A stretch of DNA of 64,000 nt from Candidatus Multivorans sp. (GTDB lineage Bacteria > Acidobacteriota > Thermoanaerobaculia > Multivoradales > Multivoraceae), in NCBI GenBank assembly GCA_965224025.1, contig OZ245033.1, positions 896,001 to 960,000 of the forward strand, in the 5' to 3' direction. This document shows, piece after piece, positions 47,848 to 58,980 of this stretch; positions within the stretch are counted from its first letter, which is position 1, and the number at the start of each line of letters is the position of its first letter. The position numbers and the translations under genes were made by a program. Below the pieces are notes generated by a model. The model made no database searches. It had not been told where the DNA came from and worked only from the letters and a program-made list of their open reading frames with translations.

Positions 47848-48408
47848 TCAGCCCCTCTGGCGCAGGACGCGCGCCGCGTGGGATCGCGCCAGGAAGGCGC
47901 CAACCAGCAGCGTAGCTCCAACCAGGAAGCCGGTGTAGTGGAGCGCATCGTCGCGGTAGCCGAAGACGAGCAACAGCGGGCCGACGGCCACCGCGACTCC
48001 CAACGCGCCGTAGATCTTCGTGCCGTAGATCCACTGGAACGGAAGGAAATGCGCGCCCACGATCGCCGCGAACGCAGCCGGCATGAAAGCCGGCTCCTGA
48101 TCCCATACGAGGAGCAGTGCCGGAAACGCGACGATCTGTACGAAGTTGAGCTGGAGCACCAGAGGCAGCAGCGGATCCGGCTGCGGCGCCGGGACGTATC
48201 CCCACCTTCTCTCCAAGGCAATGGCGACGGCGACGGCGGGCAGACCCAAAACCGGATACAACCACGGCGCGAGGTCGCGCGGAGCGACGTACGTCAGCCC
48301 CGCCGCGCCAATCCACGTCAAGCCGAAGACCAGCAGAAAGGGAAACCCGGCGAGCGAGGCGAGCGTCGCCTGTCGTCGGATGACATCGAGTTCTGCCCTA
48401 TCGGTCAT
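47848..48408 (-). CDS. Hypothetical multi-pass membrane protein
   Basis: About six hydrophobic helices; GAHFLPF.W.Y motif. Confidence 0.75.
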   Translation of the reverse strand: MTDRAELDVIRRQATLASLAGFPFLLVFGLTWIGAAGLTYVAPRDLAPWLYPVLGLPAVAVAIALERRWGYVPAPQPDPLLPLVLQLNFVQIVAFPALLLVWDQEPAFMPAAFAAIVGAHFLPFQWIYGTKIYGALGVAVAVGPLLLVFGYRDDALHYTGFLVGATLLVGAFLARSHAARVLRQRG

Positions 48409-48456
48409 GGCGTTCATTCTCACGGAAAACGGCGGAACGCTCCGAGCGCCGGCCAC

Positions 48457-49905
48457 TCATGCCCGAACCCGGTGGATCCGCACCAGGTTCGTCGGCGGAC
48501 GATCCTGGATCGGGTCGCCCATCAGCAGCACGATCGTGTCGCCGGGCAGGGCCAGGTTGCCGGCGAGGAGCTGCCGGTCCACCATCGCGACGACCTCGTC
48601 GTGGTGGTAGACCTCCTGCTCCATCCGCACGGAATGGACGCCCCAGACGAGCTGGAGTTCGCGCATGGTCCGCGGTTCACGGGTGAAAGCGAGCACCGGC
48701 GTCGACGGGCGGCGGCAGGCGACCTGGCGGGCCGTGAATCCGCCTTGGCTGAGGACCACGATTCCCTGCGCGCTCAGGTGCCGGGCCGACAGGATCGCCG
48801 CGGCCGAAACGGTCTCCGGGATCTCCAGCGCGCCCAGCCGGTTCGGCGGCTCGATGTCGTAGGGGCCGACCTCCATGGTGTGGAATCCGACCGGCTGCGA
48901 GGTGTGCTTCGAGAGCTGGTAGCGCTCCGACTCGGCGATGATCCGGTGCATCGTCTGCACCGCTTCCAGGGGATAGCGGCCGGCGGCGCTCTCGCCGGAC
49001 AGCATCATCGCGTCGGCGCCGTCGAACACGGCGTTGGCCACGTCCGAGGATTCGGCTCGGGTCGGCCGCGGATGCTCGATCATGGATTCCAGCATCTGGG
49101 TCGCCACGATCACCGGCCGCGCCAGCCGCCACCCGGTCTCGATGATCCGCTTCTGCTCCACCGGCACCCGGTGGAGCGGAATCTCGACGCCGAGGTCGCC
49201 CCGCGCCACCATCACGCCGTCGGATTCGAGCACGATCTCGTCCAGGTTCTCGAGCGCCCGGCGGCGCTCCAGCTTGGCAATCACCTGCAGGCCGCGGCCC
49301 GCCTCCCGGGCGGCTTCCCGCACCCGCACCACATCCGCGGAGCTGCCGATGTAGCTGGCGGCCAGGAAGTCGGCGTCCTCCTCGACCGCCATCCGGATAT
49401 CGCCCAGATCCTTGTCCGAAATGTGGAACGGCAGATGGCTGTCGGGCAGGTTCACGCCCTTGCGGCTCGACACGGCGCCGCCGATGATGACTTCCGCCTC
49501 GATCTTCTCCTCGTCCTTCGACCGGACCTCCAACTGCACCCGGCCGTCGTCGATCAGGATCTGTTCGCCCGGCTGGACATGCGTGACCATGTCGCGGTCG
49601 AGCGCCAGGTCCGCGCCGGCGCCCGCGCCCAGGAAAACGACATCGCCTCCCTTGAGCACCCGCGCGCCCTCAAAGTGATCGAGGCGGTGCCGCGGCCCCA
49701 TCAGGTCGACCATCACGCCGACCGGCCGGCCGGCCTCCTCGCTGACCTGCCGCACCAGCCGGACGAGGCGACGATGCTCCTCCCGGGTACCGTGCGACTG
49801 GTTCAGCCGGACGACGTTGACGCCGGCGCGGATCAGCCGCGCGAGGGTCCTGGGATTCGAACTCGCGGGGCCGATCGTGGCGACGATCTTGGCTCGGCGC
49901 TGCAC
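48457..49905 (-). CDS. pyk: Pyruvate kinase
   Basis: KIVATIGPAS, MVARGDLGVE, ATQMLESM and DAMMLSGESA.G.YP motifs. Confidence 0.96.
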   Translation of the reverse strand: MQRRAKIVATIGPASSNPRTLARLIRAGVNVVRLNQSHGTREEHRRLVRLVRQVSEEAGRPVGVMVDLMGPRHRLDHFEGARVLKGGDVVFLGAGAGADLALDRDMVTHVQPGEQILIDDGRVQLEVRSKDEEKIEAEVIIGGAVSSRKGVNLPDSHLPFHISDKDLGDIRMAVEEDADFLAASYIGSSADVVRVREAAREAGRGLQVIAKLERRRALENLDEIVLESDGVMVARGDLGVEIPLHRVPVEQKRIIETGWRLARPVIVATQMLESMIEHPRPTRAESSDVANAVFDGADAMMLSGESAAGRYPLEAVQTMHRIIAESERYQLSKHTSQPVGFHTMEVGPYDIEPPNRLGALEIPETVSAAAILSARHLSAQGIVVLSQGGFTARQVACRRPSTPVLAFTREPRTMRELQLVWGVHSVRMEQEVYHHDEVVAMVDRQLLAGNLALPGDTIVLLMGDPIQDRPPTNLVRIHRVRA

Positions 49906-49958
49906 AGTGGTCTCAGTCCTCCGGGCTCACGTTCCGGACGGGGCGGTACCGACCTGCG

Positions 49959-50975
49959 TCAGGACCCTAGCTGCGCCAGGCGCTCGATCAAATCCGCAAC
50001 CCGGTTCGAGTAACCCCACTCGTTGTCATACCACGACACGACGCGGGCGTACACGCCGCCGCCCTCAGCCGGAGTGACTTGGGTCAGCGGCGCGTCGAAG
50101 ATCGACGAATGGGGATTGCCGAGGATGTCGCTCGAAACCAACGGGTCCTCCGAATACTGGAGGATGCCCGCCAGATTCGACTCGGCCGCCGCCGAAGCCG
50201 CCCCGTTCACGTCCTCCGCCGCGGCGCTACTGCGCAGCCTGCAGGTCAGGTCGACGATCGAGCCGTCCGCCACGGGCACCCGCATCGCCATGCCGTCGAG
50301 GCGGCCGTTCAGGTGCGGCAGCACCTTGCCGACGGCGCGCGCGGCGCCCGTCGTGGTGGGGATGATGTTGGCGGTCGCCGAGCGGCTGCGCCGCGGGTCG
50401 CTGTGCGGCGAATCGACCAGGCGCTGGCCGTTCGTGTACGCGTGAACGGTGGTGATGAAGCCCTCCTCGAAACCGAAGGCGTCATCGAGTGTCTTGGCCA
50501 AAGGCGCGAGGCAGTTCGTGGTGCAGGAGGCATTGGAGACCACGCGATGTTCCGGACCGAGATCGCCGTCGTTGACCCCGAGCACGATCATGGCGTCGAT
50601 CTCGTCCTTGGCCGGCACCGTCAGCACCACGCGCGAGGCGCCGGCTTCGAGGTGCGACGCCACCTGGGCGCGGGTCCGAAACACACCCGTCGACTCGACC
50701 GCGATGTCGACCCCGAGATCACTCCAGGGGAGCTGGGACGGATCCCGCTCCGCGCTGAGCCGGATCTGGCGGCCGCCGACGCGCAGGCCGTTGCCGGTCA
50801 CCTCGACCTCCTGGTCGAAGACTCCCTGCACCGTGTCGTAGCGCAGCAGGTAGGCCAGGCGCTCCGCGTCGAACAGGTCGTTGATGCCGACGACCTGCAC
50901 GTCGGGGCGGGCGGCCAGGATGCGGAAGACGCTGCGCCCGATCCTTCCGAATCCGTTGATGCCGACGCGGATCAT
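49959..50975 (-). CDS. gap: Type I glyceraldehyde-3-phosphate dehydrogenase (catalytically intact)
   Basis: INGFGRIGR, SNASCTTNCLAP, TVHAYT, TTGAA, MRVP and WYDNEWGY motifs. Confidence 0.96.
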   Translation of the reverse strand: MIRVGINGFGRIGRSVFRILAARPDVQVVGINDLFDAERLAYLLRYDTVQGVFDQEVEVTGNGLRVGGRQIRLSAERDPSQLPWSDLGVDIAVESTGVFRTRAQVASHLEAGASRVVLTVPAKDEIDAMIVLGVNDGDLGPEHRVVSNASCTTNCLAPLAKTLDDAFGFEEGFITTVHAYTNGQRLVDSPHSDPRRSRSATANIIPTTTGAARAVGKVLPHLNGRLDGMAMRVPVADGSIVDLTCRLRSSAAAEDVNGAASAAAESNLAGILQYSEDPLVSSDILGNPHSSIFDAPLTQVTPAEGGGVYARVVSWYDNEWGYSNRVADLIERLAQLGS

Positions 50976-52003
50976 GAGGCACCCCCTTCGGCGCCCGCCA
51001 CGCCATCGAGCGCGGCGACGAGTTCCAAGAGCCGGTGCAGGTAGCCCCAGCCGTTGTCGAACCAGGCGATCGTCTTCGAGACGTGATCGCCCAGGGTCAT
51101 CGTTCCCTGCGAGTCGAAGATGCAGGTCGCCCGGCTGCCCACGGTGTCCGCCGAGACGATCGCCTCGCGCTCGAAGCGCAGCCTGCCGCTCCACTCGCCG
51201 TCGGCGGCCGCGGCAACGGCCTCGTTGACCCCGGCAACGCTCACGGCGTCGCGGTGCCAGCACACGAGGTCGACCACGGAGCCGTTCGCAACCGGCACGT
51301 TCATCGCCGAAGCCGAGAGCTTGCCGCCGAGTTCGGGCAGCACGGTCTCGAGTTCCGCCGCGGCTTCCGTCGCCGAGGGGATGATGTTCTCGCCCGCCGC
51401 CCGGCCGGAGCGGAGCTCGGGCGCCGGTACGTCGGCGAGCCGCGAACCGGCGCCGTAGGCACGCACGGAACTGATGAACGCCTGCTCGACGCCGAACGCC
51501 CCGTCGAGGATGCGCAGCAACGGCCCGGCGCAGTGCGCGGTGAACGAACCGGCGGACACGATCCGGTCGGAGGGCTCGATCCGGCCGTCGTTCAAGCCGA
51601 CCACGACCGTCCGGTCCAGTTCCCCGCCCGGAGGCGCGCAGAGCACCACGCGCTCGGCGCCGGCCTCAAGGTGACCCTCGAGCTCGCTCCGCGTCGGCTG
51701 CGTGTCCCGGAAGTCGACCACGGTCGTGACCCCGAGGTCGCCCCAGGGCGCCTCGCCGGCGCTGCCGACGCGCACCACGCTGGCGCACGAGCCGTCGACG
51801 CACAGGCTGCCGTTCTCGAGCGCGACATCCGCGTCGAGCGGCCACGGCAGGGTCGAGAAGCGCAGCAGGTAGCGCAGCATCTCGGGATCGGCGGTGTCGG
51901 CCACGCCGGCAACCTCGATTTCGGGCCGGTCAAGAGAGAGGCGGAACAGGCTTCGACCGAGAAGGCCGAAGCCCATGATGCCAATGCGAGTCGGTGTCGT
52001 CAT
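50972..52003 (-). CDS. GAPDH-like protein lacking catalytic residues
   Basis: GAPDH fold throughout, but SAGSFTAHC (Cys to Phe), SVRAY (His to Arg) and MNVP (Arg to Asn). Confidence 0.9.
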   Translation of the reverse strand: MTTPTRIGIMGFGLLGRSLFRLSLDRPEIEVAGVADTADPEMLRYLLRFSTLPWPLDADVALENGSLCVDGSCASVVRVGSAGEAPWGDLGVTTVVDFRDTQPTRSELEGHLEAGAERVVLCAPPGGELDRTVVVGLNDGRIEPSDRIVSAGSFTAHCAGPLLRILDGAFGVEQAFISSVRAYGAGSRLADVPAPELRSGRAAGENIIPSATEAAAELETVLPELGGKLSASAMNVPVANGSVVDLVCWHRDAVSVAGVNEAVAAAADGEWSGRLRFEREAIVSADTVGSRATCIFDSQGTMTLGDHVSKTIAWFDNGWGYLHRLLELVAALDGVAGAEGGAS

Positions 52004-52119
52004 ATGAGTGCGAAGGCGGAAGATGTGGAAGAGAAGGTGGTCGACCGCGCGGAGGATAGCGGACGTTTGGACCGGTGTCCGTGTAGAGCCCGAAGTCTCC
52101 TCAGGACGGACGATCGGGC

Positions 52120-53406
52120 TCAGTCGGCGCCGTGCGCCGAGGCCAGGATCTCCATCGTGTGCCGCACGGGAATCGGCGAGCCCAGACGATGCACGTGGCT
52201 CTCGATCTGGGTCAGGCAGCCGATGTTGCCGGTGGCGATCACGTCCGGTTCGCCCTCAAGCAGAGCCTCCGCCTTCTTGCGCCCCAGGCGGGCCGCAAGC
52301 TCGGGCTCCTCCAGGTTGTAGATGCCCGCCGAACCGCAGCAGATCTGCCAGTCGCGCGGTTCCACCAGGGTCACGCCCCGCACCTGGGCCAGCAACTGCC
52401 GGGGCCCTGCCCGCTCCGATTGGGCGTGGGCCAGGTGGCAGGCGTCGTGGTAGGCGACGCGCAGCGGCTGCGGCAGCGGCGGCGGCGCCTCCGTCTCGAG
52501 CGCGGCCAGGAACGTCGAGACATCCCGCACCTTGGCGGCCAGAGCGCGGGCCGCTGCCTCCTCGGGCCGCCCCGCGAACAGCAGGCCGTACTCCTTGAGG
52601 CCCGAACCGCAGCCGGCCGCGTTGGTCAGCACCGCGTCGACGTCGGCCAGGAGACCCTCTGGCCCGAGGACCCGCAGCAGGGGTCCGGCGGCGGCGCGGG
52701 CCCGCGGCGCGTCACCGGCGTGAAAAGCCAGCGAACCGCAGCACGCCTCTTCCTTCGGGACGATGACCTCGACTCCCCGGCGGGTCAGCACTTCGATCGT
52801 CGCGCGGTGGATCCGCGGCGCCAGCACCTGCTGCGCGCAACCGGCGAGGAGCGCCACCCGGGCGCGCCGCTCACCGACCGCCGGGAACACGCCGAAGCCA
52901 ACTTCCGAACGGTCCGGGGTCGTTGGCAGCAGATCGAGCGGCACGGCCAGCCTCGCCGGCAGCAGCGCGCGAAACGGCGCCGCCAGGCGACCCAGCCGCA
53001 GCATCCACCGCAGGCGCGCCGGACTCGCCAGCGTGTCCAGCATCAGGCCGCGCCACAGCCGATCCGCCCGAGAGCGCCGCCGGCCGTCCTCGGCCAGCTC
53101 CCGGAACGGCATCAGCAGCTCGCCGTACTCGACGCCCGACGGGCAGGCGGTGACGCACGACATGCAGCCCAGGCAGGGGTCGATGTGCTCCAGCGCCTCC
53201 TCGAGTTCGAGGCCGCCCTCAAGCACCTCCTTCATCAGCACGATGCGGCCGCGCGGCGAATCCATCTCCTCGCCGAGCTCGACGTAGGTCGGGCACGTCG
53301 GCAGGCAGAAGCCGCAGTGGACGCAGGCCGAAACCGCGTTCGCCATCGCCGAGGCCGAGTCGCCGACCTCGCTCCGTAGCGCGTCCAGTTCGATCGCGTG
53401 CTGCAC
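52120..53406 (-). CDS. glcF: Glycolate oxidase iron-sulfur subunit
   Basis: CVHCGFCLPTCPTY, DSPRGRI, CLGCMSCVTACPSGV, CCG domains and YHDACHLAHAQ motifs. Confidence 0.9.
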   Translation of the reverse strand: MQHAIELDALRSEVGDSASAMANAVSACVHCGFCLPTCPTYVELGEEMDSPRGRIVLMKEVLEGGLELEEALEHIDPCLGCMSCVTACPSGVEYGELLMPFRELAEDGRRRSRADRLWRGLMLDTLASPARLRWMLRLGRLAAPFRALLPARLAVPLDLLPTTPDRSEVGFGVFPAVGERRARVALLAGCAQQVLAPRIHRATIEVLTRRGVEVIVPKEEACCGSLAFHAGDAPRARAAAGPLLRVLGPEGLLADVDAVLTNAAGCGSGLKEYGLLFAGRPEEAAARALAAKVRDVSTFLAALETEAPPPLPQPLRVAYHDACHLAHAQSERAGPRQLLAQVRGVTLVEPRDWQICCGSAGIYNLEEPELAARLGRKKAEALLEGEPDVIATGNIGCLTQIESHVHRLGSPIPVRHTMEILASAHGAD

Positions 53407-53424
53407 GCCGGCTGCGAGCGACCG

Positions 53425-53661
53425 CTACGCGAGCACCCGGAACAGCGCCAGCAGACCGCCTACGCCACCCAGCCCTACTCCGATTACACGCCAGGACGCC
53501 GCCGTGATCTTGTCGCTCAGGCGGAGCTCTACCGCCGCCAGATCCGCTCGCGTCGCGGCGGTCTCGGCGATGGTTTCGCCAACGGCTTCGGCGACCGCAG
53601 TCGCATGGTCAGGGTCGATTCCCGCTTCACGCGGGGCTCGCGCTATCGCCAGAGTGATCAC
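53425..53661 (-). CDS. Small DUF1640/CCDC90-like protein with C-terminal TM helix
   Basis: IAR..REAG....A.AVAEAV..AATRADL..VE.RL pattern followed by a TM helix. Confidence 0.6.
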   Translation of the reverse strand: MITLAIARAPREAGIDPDHATAVAEAVGETIAETAATRADLAAVELRLSDKITAASWRVIGVGLGGVGGLLALFRVLA

Positions 53662-53675
53662 GCCCTGATGCTAAC

Positions 53676-55247
53676 TCAGATGTGCTGGTAGGCCTGAAGG
53701 GTCAGAAACTCCTGGAACTCGGAGCCGAGCACCAGGTCGTCGAGCAGCTCGACGGCGAGACCGTAACGGCTCGCGGACCGGCCTCCGAGCTGGCGCAGCT
53801 CCTCGTCCCGCACCTGCTCGTAGAGCTCCGGCGTGACCTGCTCGCCGTTGTCCATCCGCGCGTTGCGGTGGACCCACTGCCACAGTTGGGCCCGTGCGAT
53901 CTCGGCGGTCGCCGCGTCCTCCATCAGGTTGTTGATGGCGGCCGCGCCGTTGCCGTTGAGCCAGGAGTTCATGTACTGGAGTCCCACCGACACGTTGTTG
54001 CGCAAACCCTGCTCGGTCAGCGTGCCGCCCGGTACGTTCAGATCGATGAGGCTGCCGGGTTCCACCGACACGTCCTGGCGCAGCCGTTCCTTCTGGTTCG
54101 GACGGCCCTCCATCTTCGTGGAGAAGACCTCCAGGGCGATCGGCACCAGGTCCGGATGGGCAACCCAACTGCCGTCGAACCCGTCGCCGGCCTCGCGCTC
54201 CTTGTCGGAACGGACCGCCGCCAGCGCCGTCGCGTTGACCTCCGCGTCCCTCCGGCTGGGGATGAAGGCCGCCATGCCGCCGATCGCGTGGGCCCCGCGG
54301 CTGTGGCACGTGCGCACCAGCAGCTCCGTGTAGGAGCGCATGAAGGGAACCGTCATCGTGATCTGGCCGCGATCGGGCAGCACCATGTCCTCCCGGAACG
54401 CGAACTTCTTGATCGCGCTGAAGATGTAGTCCCAGCGGCCGGCGTTGAGCCCGGCCGAGTGATCGCGCAGTTCGTAGAGGATCTCCTCCATCTCGAAAGC
54501 GGCCAGAATGGTCTCGATCAGCACCGTGGCGCGAACGCTGCCCCGCGGAACCCCTCGCGCATCCTGGGCGGCTACGAAGATGTCGTTCCACAGGCGCGCC
54601 TCGTGGCGGTTCTCCAGCTTCGGCAGGTAGAAGTACGGCCCGCTGCCCCGGCTGAGGGCCTCCTTGGCGTTGTGGAAGAAGTAAAGGCCGAAGTCGAAGA
54701 TGCCGGCCGAGACGGGCTGGCCGTCAAGCAGGGCGTTCTTCTCGATCAGGTGCCAGCCGCGCGGACGCACCAGCAGAGTCGCGATCTCGTCCTTGAGGCG
54801 GTACTCCTTGCCGTTACCGGGGTTCGTGAACTCCAACTGTTTGCGCACCGCGTCGTAGAGGTTCCGCTGGCCGCCGATCACGTTCCGCCAGCTCGGGCTG
54901 AGTGCGTCCTCGAGGTCGGCCATGAAGACCTTGGCGCCCGAGTTCAGCGCGTTGATCATCATCTTGCGGTCGACCGGACCGGTGATCTCGGCCCAGCGGC
55001 AATTCAGATCCGCGGGTGTCGGCGCGACTTTCCAGTCGCCGTCGCGCACTTCCTGCGTCTCAGGCGGGAAGGTCGGATCCTCGCCGGCCTGGATGCGGGC
55101 GTGGCGCTCGACGCGGTCCCGCAGGAGCGCGACGCGACGGTCCTCGAACCGGCGGCAAAGGTCGCCGGCAAACTCGAGCGCCTCCGGGGTCAGGATGTGC
55201 TCCGCCGCTTCGGAGTCGCGTGGTCCGGTGATCTCGATTCCACTCAT
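53676..55247 (-). CDS. aceB: Malate synthase A
   Basis: [42 protein letters not shown] and [10 protein letters not shown] motifs. Confidence 0.95.
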   Translation of the reverse strand: MSGIEITGPRDSEAAEHILTPEALEFAGDLCRRFEDRRVALLRDRVERHARIQAGEDPTFPPETQEVRDGDWKVAPTPADLNCRWAEITGPVDRKMMINALNSGAKVFMADLEDALSPSWRNVIGGQRNLYDAVRKQLEFTNPGNGKEYRLKDEIATLLVRPRGWHLIEKNALLDGQPVSAGIFDFGLYFFHNAKEALSRGSGPYFYLPKLENRHEARLWNDIFVAAQDARGVPRGSVRATVLIETILAAFEMEEILYELRDHSAGLNAGRWDYIFSAIKKFAFREDMVLPDRGQITMTVPFMRSYTELLVRTCHSRGAHAIGGMAAFIPSRRDAEVNATALAAVRSDKEREAGDGFDGSWVAHPDLVPIALEVFSTKMEGRPNQKERLRQDVSVEPGSLIDLNVPGGTLTEQGLRNNVSVGLQYMNSWLNGNGAAAINNLMEDAATAEIARAQLWQWVHRNARMDNGEQVTPELYEQVRDEELRQLGGRSASRYGLAVELLDDLVLGSEFQEFLTLQAYQHI

Positions 55248-55406
55248 GCTGCCGTCCCCCAAAAACCGGCCCGCGGCCGGCGTCTCGATACCTCGTTCTT
55301 CTGCAACCTGCCCAACCAGGACGCGTAGACTTGTCTGGCGAAGCGGCGGCAGCCTACCGGATGCAGCGGGGCGATTCCGCACCCGGGAATCCGCACCAGC
55401 GGACAA

Positions 55407-55451
55407 CCTGGGAACGCGGGCATCCTGCCCGCATCCGGCGCGAAGTGCCGG
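55407..55451. repeat. Family-A REP-like element
   Basis: CCTGGGAACGCGGGCATCCTGCCCGCATCCGG; reverse complement of the 12977-13008 copy. Confidence 0.85.
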
Positions 55452-55567
55452 TCCCGCGGAGGCCGAAGAGAACACTGCCCGGCAATCCGACGAGCCCATA
55501 GACCAACGTGAGACAATGCCGCGGCGCTCACGCTTGGAAGCGCCGTCCCGCGACCGGAGGTTCTCCC

Positions 55568-58500
55568 ATGATCGATCCCCGTCACGTTTCGCGCGCCGCG
55601 CTGTGCGCCACCGTCCTGGCCGTCACCGTCCTGGCGGCGCCGGCTCGGGCCCAGACCGGCGAGCCGACCAGGCTGCTCCGCTTCCCGGACCTCTCGGGCG
55701 ACCGGATTGCGTTCACCTACGCGGGCGACATCTGGCTCGCCGCGGCGGACGGGGGCACGGCGACACGGCTCACCTCACACCCCGGCCTGGAGCTGTTCGC
55801 CAAGTTCTCGCCCGACGGTTCGCGGATCGCCTTCACCGGCCAGTACGACGGCGACGAGCAGGTCTACGTCGTGCCGACCGCGGGCGGCGCTCCACGGCAG
55901 TTGACCTTCTACCCCGCCGCTGGGCCGCTGGCGCCGCGCTGGGGCTACGACTACCAGGTCTACGGCTGGTCTCCGGACGGCACCGAGGTCCTGTTCCGGT
56001 CGCTGCGGGACGGATGGGACCTGGGCGACACGAAGCTGTTCCTCGTCGACACCGCCGGGGGATTGCCGAGAGCGCTGCCGATGCCGGAGTCGGGCGGCGG
56101 CGATCTCTCACCCGACACCCGGCGCGTCGTCTACTCGCCGGTGACCCGTGACTTCCGCCACTGGAAGCGCTACGAGGGCGGATGGGCCCAGGACCTCTGG
56201 ATCCTCGACCTCGACAGCCTGGAGTCGATCCAGGTGACGGATCACAAGCGCTCCGACCGCGACCCCATGTGGATCGACGACACGATCTACTTCTCGTCCG
56301 ACCGCGACGGCATCCTGAACCTGTACGCCTACGAAACAGGTTCGGGTGATCTCGCGCAGCTCACGCAGGAGGACCAGTGGGACGTGCGCTGGCCCAGCGC
56401 CGACAAGGCGAACCGGCGAATCGTCTACGAGAAGGCCGGCTCGCTCGAGATCTTCGACCTGGACTCGGGCGCCGCACTCCCGATCCCGATCCATGTGCCG
56501 ACGGACCGGCTTGCGCGCCGTCCCAGCCGGGTCTCGGCGGCGAACCGGGTGTCCGGCTTCTCGCTCAGCCCGAAGGCGAAACGCGCCGCGTTCTCCGCCC
56601 GCGGCGACATCTTCAGCGTCCCGGTCGAGCATGGTCCGACGCGCAACCTGACGCACTCCTCCGGCGCCAACGACCAGGATCCCGCCTGGTCGCCCGACGG
56701 CCGGCGGATCGGCTTCGTGTCCGATCGGACAGGGGAGACGGAGATCTGGGTCGTCAGCCAGGACGGCAACGGCGACCCCGTGCAGCTCACCGAAGGCAGC
56801 GTCGGCCGCCACTACAACAACCTGCTGTGGTCGCCGGGGAGCGACCGCATCGCCTTCGTCGACCAGCAGGGGCGGCTCGGCATCGTCAACGCCGCGCCGA
56901 CCGGATCGCGCGACATCATCGAGGTCGCCGACGATCCGCGGCCCTTCGGCACCGGCTACGACTGGTCGCCGAACGGCGACTACCTGGCGGTCGAGCTCGG
57001 CGATCCGAACGAGTTCAGTTCGATCCACCTGTTCGAAGTCGAGAGCCGGACGCTCACGCGCGTGACCTCCGAACTCTGGAACGACTTCTTCCCCGTCTTC
57101 GACCCGGGCGGAGACTACCTCTATTTCCTCTCCGACCGGCAGTTCCAGCCGCAGATCGGGAGCTTCGAGTACAACTACGCCGCCGACCGCGAGACGTACA
57201 TCTATGCGCTCGCCCTGCGCCAGGACACGCCCCACCCCTTCCCGCCGCGCAGCGACGAGGTCGAGATCGAGGACGAGCAGGACGAGGATGAGGCGGACGA
57301 CGACGGGGACGGCGAGCACGAGGATGGCGACGAGGACGGCGAGCACGAGGACGGCGACGAAGACGGCGAGCACGCGGGTGATGACGACGGCGACGACGGC
57401 GATGACGAGGAGCCCGGCGACCGCATCGACCTCGACGGTCTCGCGCAGCGCGTTGCCCGCATACCCGTAGAGGCGGACAACTACATCGGCCTCGGCGCCG
57501 CGGAGGGCAAGATCTTCTACGTTCGAGGCGGCGCCGGGTACCTCGGACGCTCCTCCGATGTCCAGACCGAGGTCTTCTCGTACGACCTCGAAAAGCGCGA
57601 GGGCAAAAGCCTGGCCAAGGGCATCGGCGGCCTTGTCCTGTCCCGCGACGGCAAGAAACTGCTGGTGCGAGAGGGCAGGGCCTTCCGCCTGCTCGATGTC
57701 GGCGGCGGCGACGCAAAGACGCTGTCCCTCGCCGGCCTGACCGTCGACCGGGTGCCGACCGAGGAGTGGGCGCAGATCTTCAACGAGGTCTGGCGCCGCT
57801 TCCGCGACTTCTTCTACGCCCCGAACATGCACGGCTACGACTGGGAAGCGCTGCGCGAGCAGTACCGCCCGCTGCTCGCCCACGTCGGCCACCGCAGCGA
57901 CCTGAACTACGTGATGAGCGAGATGGTCGCCGAACTGAACGTCTCCCACGCCTACGTCACCGGCGGCGACTACGAGGTTCCGGACCAGCCGCGCGCGGCT
58001 CTGCTCGGCGCTCGCTTCGAGCTCGACGAGAACGCCCGCCGCTACCGGATCGCCCGCATCTTCAAAGGCCAGAACGAGGAGCCGCGCTACCGCTCGCCGC
58101 TGACCGAGATCGGCGTCGGCGTCGGCGAGGGCGACTACCTGTTCGCGATCCAGGGCCGCGAGCTGACCCCGGCGACGAACCCCTTCCAGCTCCTGCGCGA
58201 GGCCGGGCGGGGGCCGCTCGAGTTGACCGTCGGTTCCAGCGCCGACCGCGGCGAGGCGCGCAACGTCCTTGTCGATCCGATCTCGAGCGAAGACGCCCTG
58301 ATCTACCTGGCCTGGACCGAGCGCAGCCGAAAGATCGTCGAGGAGCGCGGCGGCGGCCGCATCGGCTACCTGCACATCCCCGACATGTCGGCGAACGGCA
58401 TCCGGGAGTGGATCAAGTGGTACTACGGCCAGGTGCGCAAGGAGGCCATGGTCGTCGACGTGCGCTCGAACGGCGGCGGCAACGTCTCGCCGATGATCAT

Positions 58501-58963
58501 CGAGCGCCTCCGCCGCGAGACTCTGATGCTCGACTTCGAGCGCAACCGCGACTCGGTCGACACGTCGCCGGGCGGCGTCTTCCACGGCTACCTCGCGTGC
58601 GTGATCGACGAGGACACCGCCTCCGACGGCGACCAGTTCGCCTACCAGTTCCGCCGCGCGGGTCTGGGGCCGATCGTCGGCAAGCGGAGCTGGGGCGGCG
58701 TGGTCGGCATCTACGGCCGGGCGCCGCTCATCGACGGCGGCTCGGTCAACGTGCCCGAGGCAGGCTCCGCCGACCCCGAAGGCAACTGGGTGATCGAGGG
58801 CTACGGCGTCGACCCGGACATCGAGGTCACCAACCTGCCGCGCGACATCTTGGGCGACCGCGATCCGCAACTCGAGCGGGCCGTCGACCTGCTGCTCGAG
58901 AAGCTCGCCGAAGACCCCCGCACCCTGCCCGGCCGCCCCGCCGACCCGATCAAGACGCCTTAG
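55568..58963 (+). CDS. Tricorn-like S41 protease (PD40 propellers, PDZ)
   Basis: [20 protein letters not shown] repeats, [28 protein letters not shown] and GKRSWGG motifs. Confidence 0.95.
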   Translation: MIDPRHVSRAALCATVLAVTVLAAPARAQTGEPTRLLRFPDLSGDRIAFTYAGDIWLAAADGGTATRLTSHPGLELFAKFSPDGSRIAFTGQYDGDEQVYVVPTAGGAPRQLTFYPAAGPLAPRWGYDYQVYGWSPDGTEVLFRSLRDGWDLGDTKLFLVDTAGGLPRALPMPESGGGDLSPDTRRVVYSPVTRDFRHWKRYEGGWAQDLWILDLDSLESIQVTDHKRSDRDPMWIDDTIYFSSDRDGILNLYAYETGSGDLAQLTQEDQWDVRWPSADKANRRIVYEKAGSLEIFDLDSGAALPIPIHVPTDRLARRPSRVSAANRVSGFSLSPKAKRAAFSARGDIFSVPVEHGPTRNLTHSSGANDQDPAWSPDGRRIGFVSDRTGETEIWVVSQDGNGDPVQLTEGSVGRHYNNLLWSPGSDRIAFVDQQGRLGIVNAAPTGSRDIIEVADDPRPFGTGYDWSPNGDYLAVELGDPNEFSSIHLFEVESRTLTRVTSELWNDFFPVFDPGGDYLYFLSDRQFQPQIGSFEYNYAADRETYIYALALRQDTPHPFPPRSDEVEIEDEQDEDEADDDGDGEHEDGDEDGEHEDGDEDGEHAGDDDGDDGDDEEPGDRIDLDGLAQRVARIPVEADNYIGLGAAEGKIFYVRGGAGYLGRSSDVQTEVFSYDLEKREGKSLAKGIGGLVLSRDGKKLLVREGRAFRLLDVGGGDAKTLSLAGLTVDRVPTEEWAQIFNEVWRRFRDFFYAPNMHGYDWEALREQYRPLLAHVGHRSDLNYVMSEMVAELNVSHAYVTGGDYEVPDQPRAALLGARFELDENARRYRIARIFKGQNEEPRYRSPLTEIGVGVGEGDYLFAIQGRELTPATNPFQLLREAGRGPLELTVGSSADRGEARNVLVDPISSEDALIYLAWTERSRKIVEERGGGRIGYLHIPDMSANGIREWIKWYYGQVRKEAMVVDVRSNGGGNVSPMIIERLRRETLMLDFERNRDSVDTSPGGVFHGYLACVIDEDTASDGDQFAYQFRRAGLGPIVGKRSWGGVVGIYGRAPLIDGGSVNVPEAGSADPEGNWVIEGYGVDPDIEVTNLPRDILGDRDPQLERAVDLLLEKLAEDPRTLPGRPADPIKTP
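57308..57375 (+). repeat. 27-bp coding tandem repeat (DGEHEDGDE) x2.5
   Basis: GACGGCGAGCACGAGGA(T/C)GGCGACGA(G/A) repeated in an acidic linker of tricorn. Confidence 0.85.
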
Positions 58964-58980
58964 GCTGAGAGGAGAATCCC

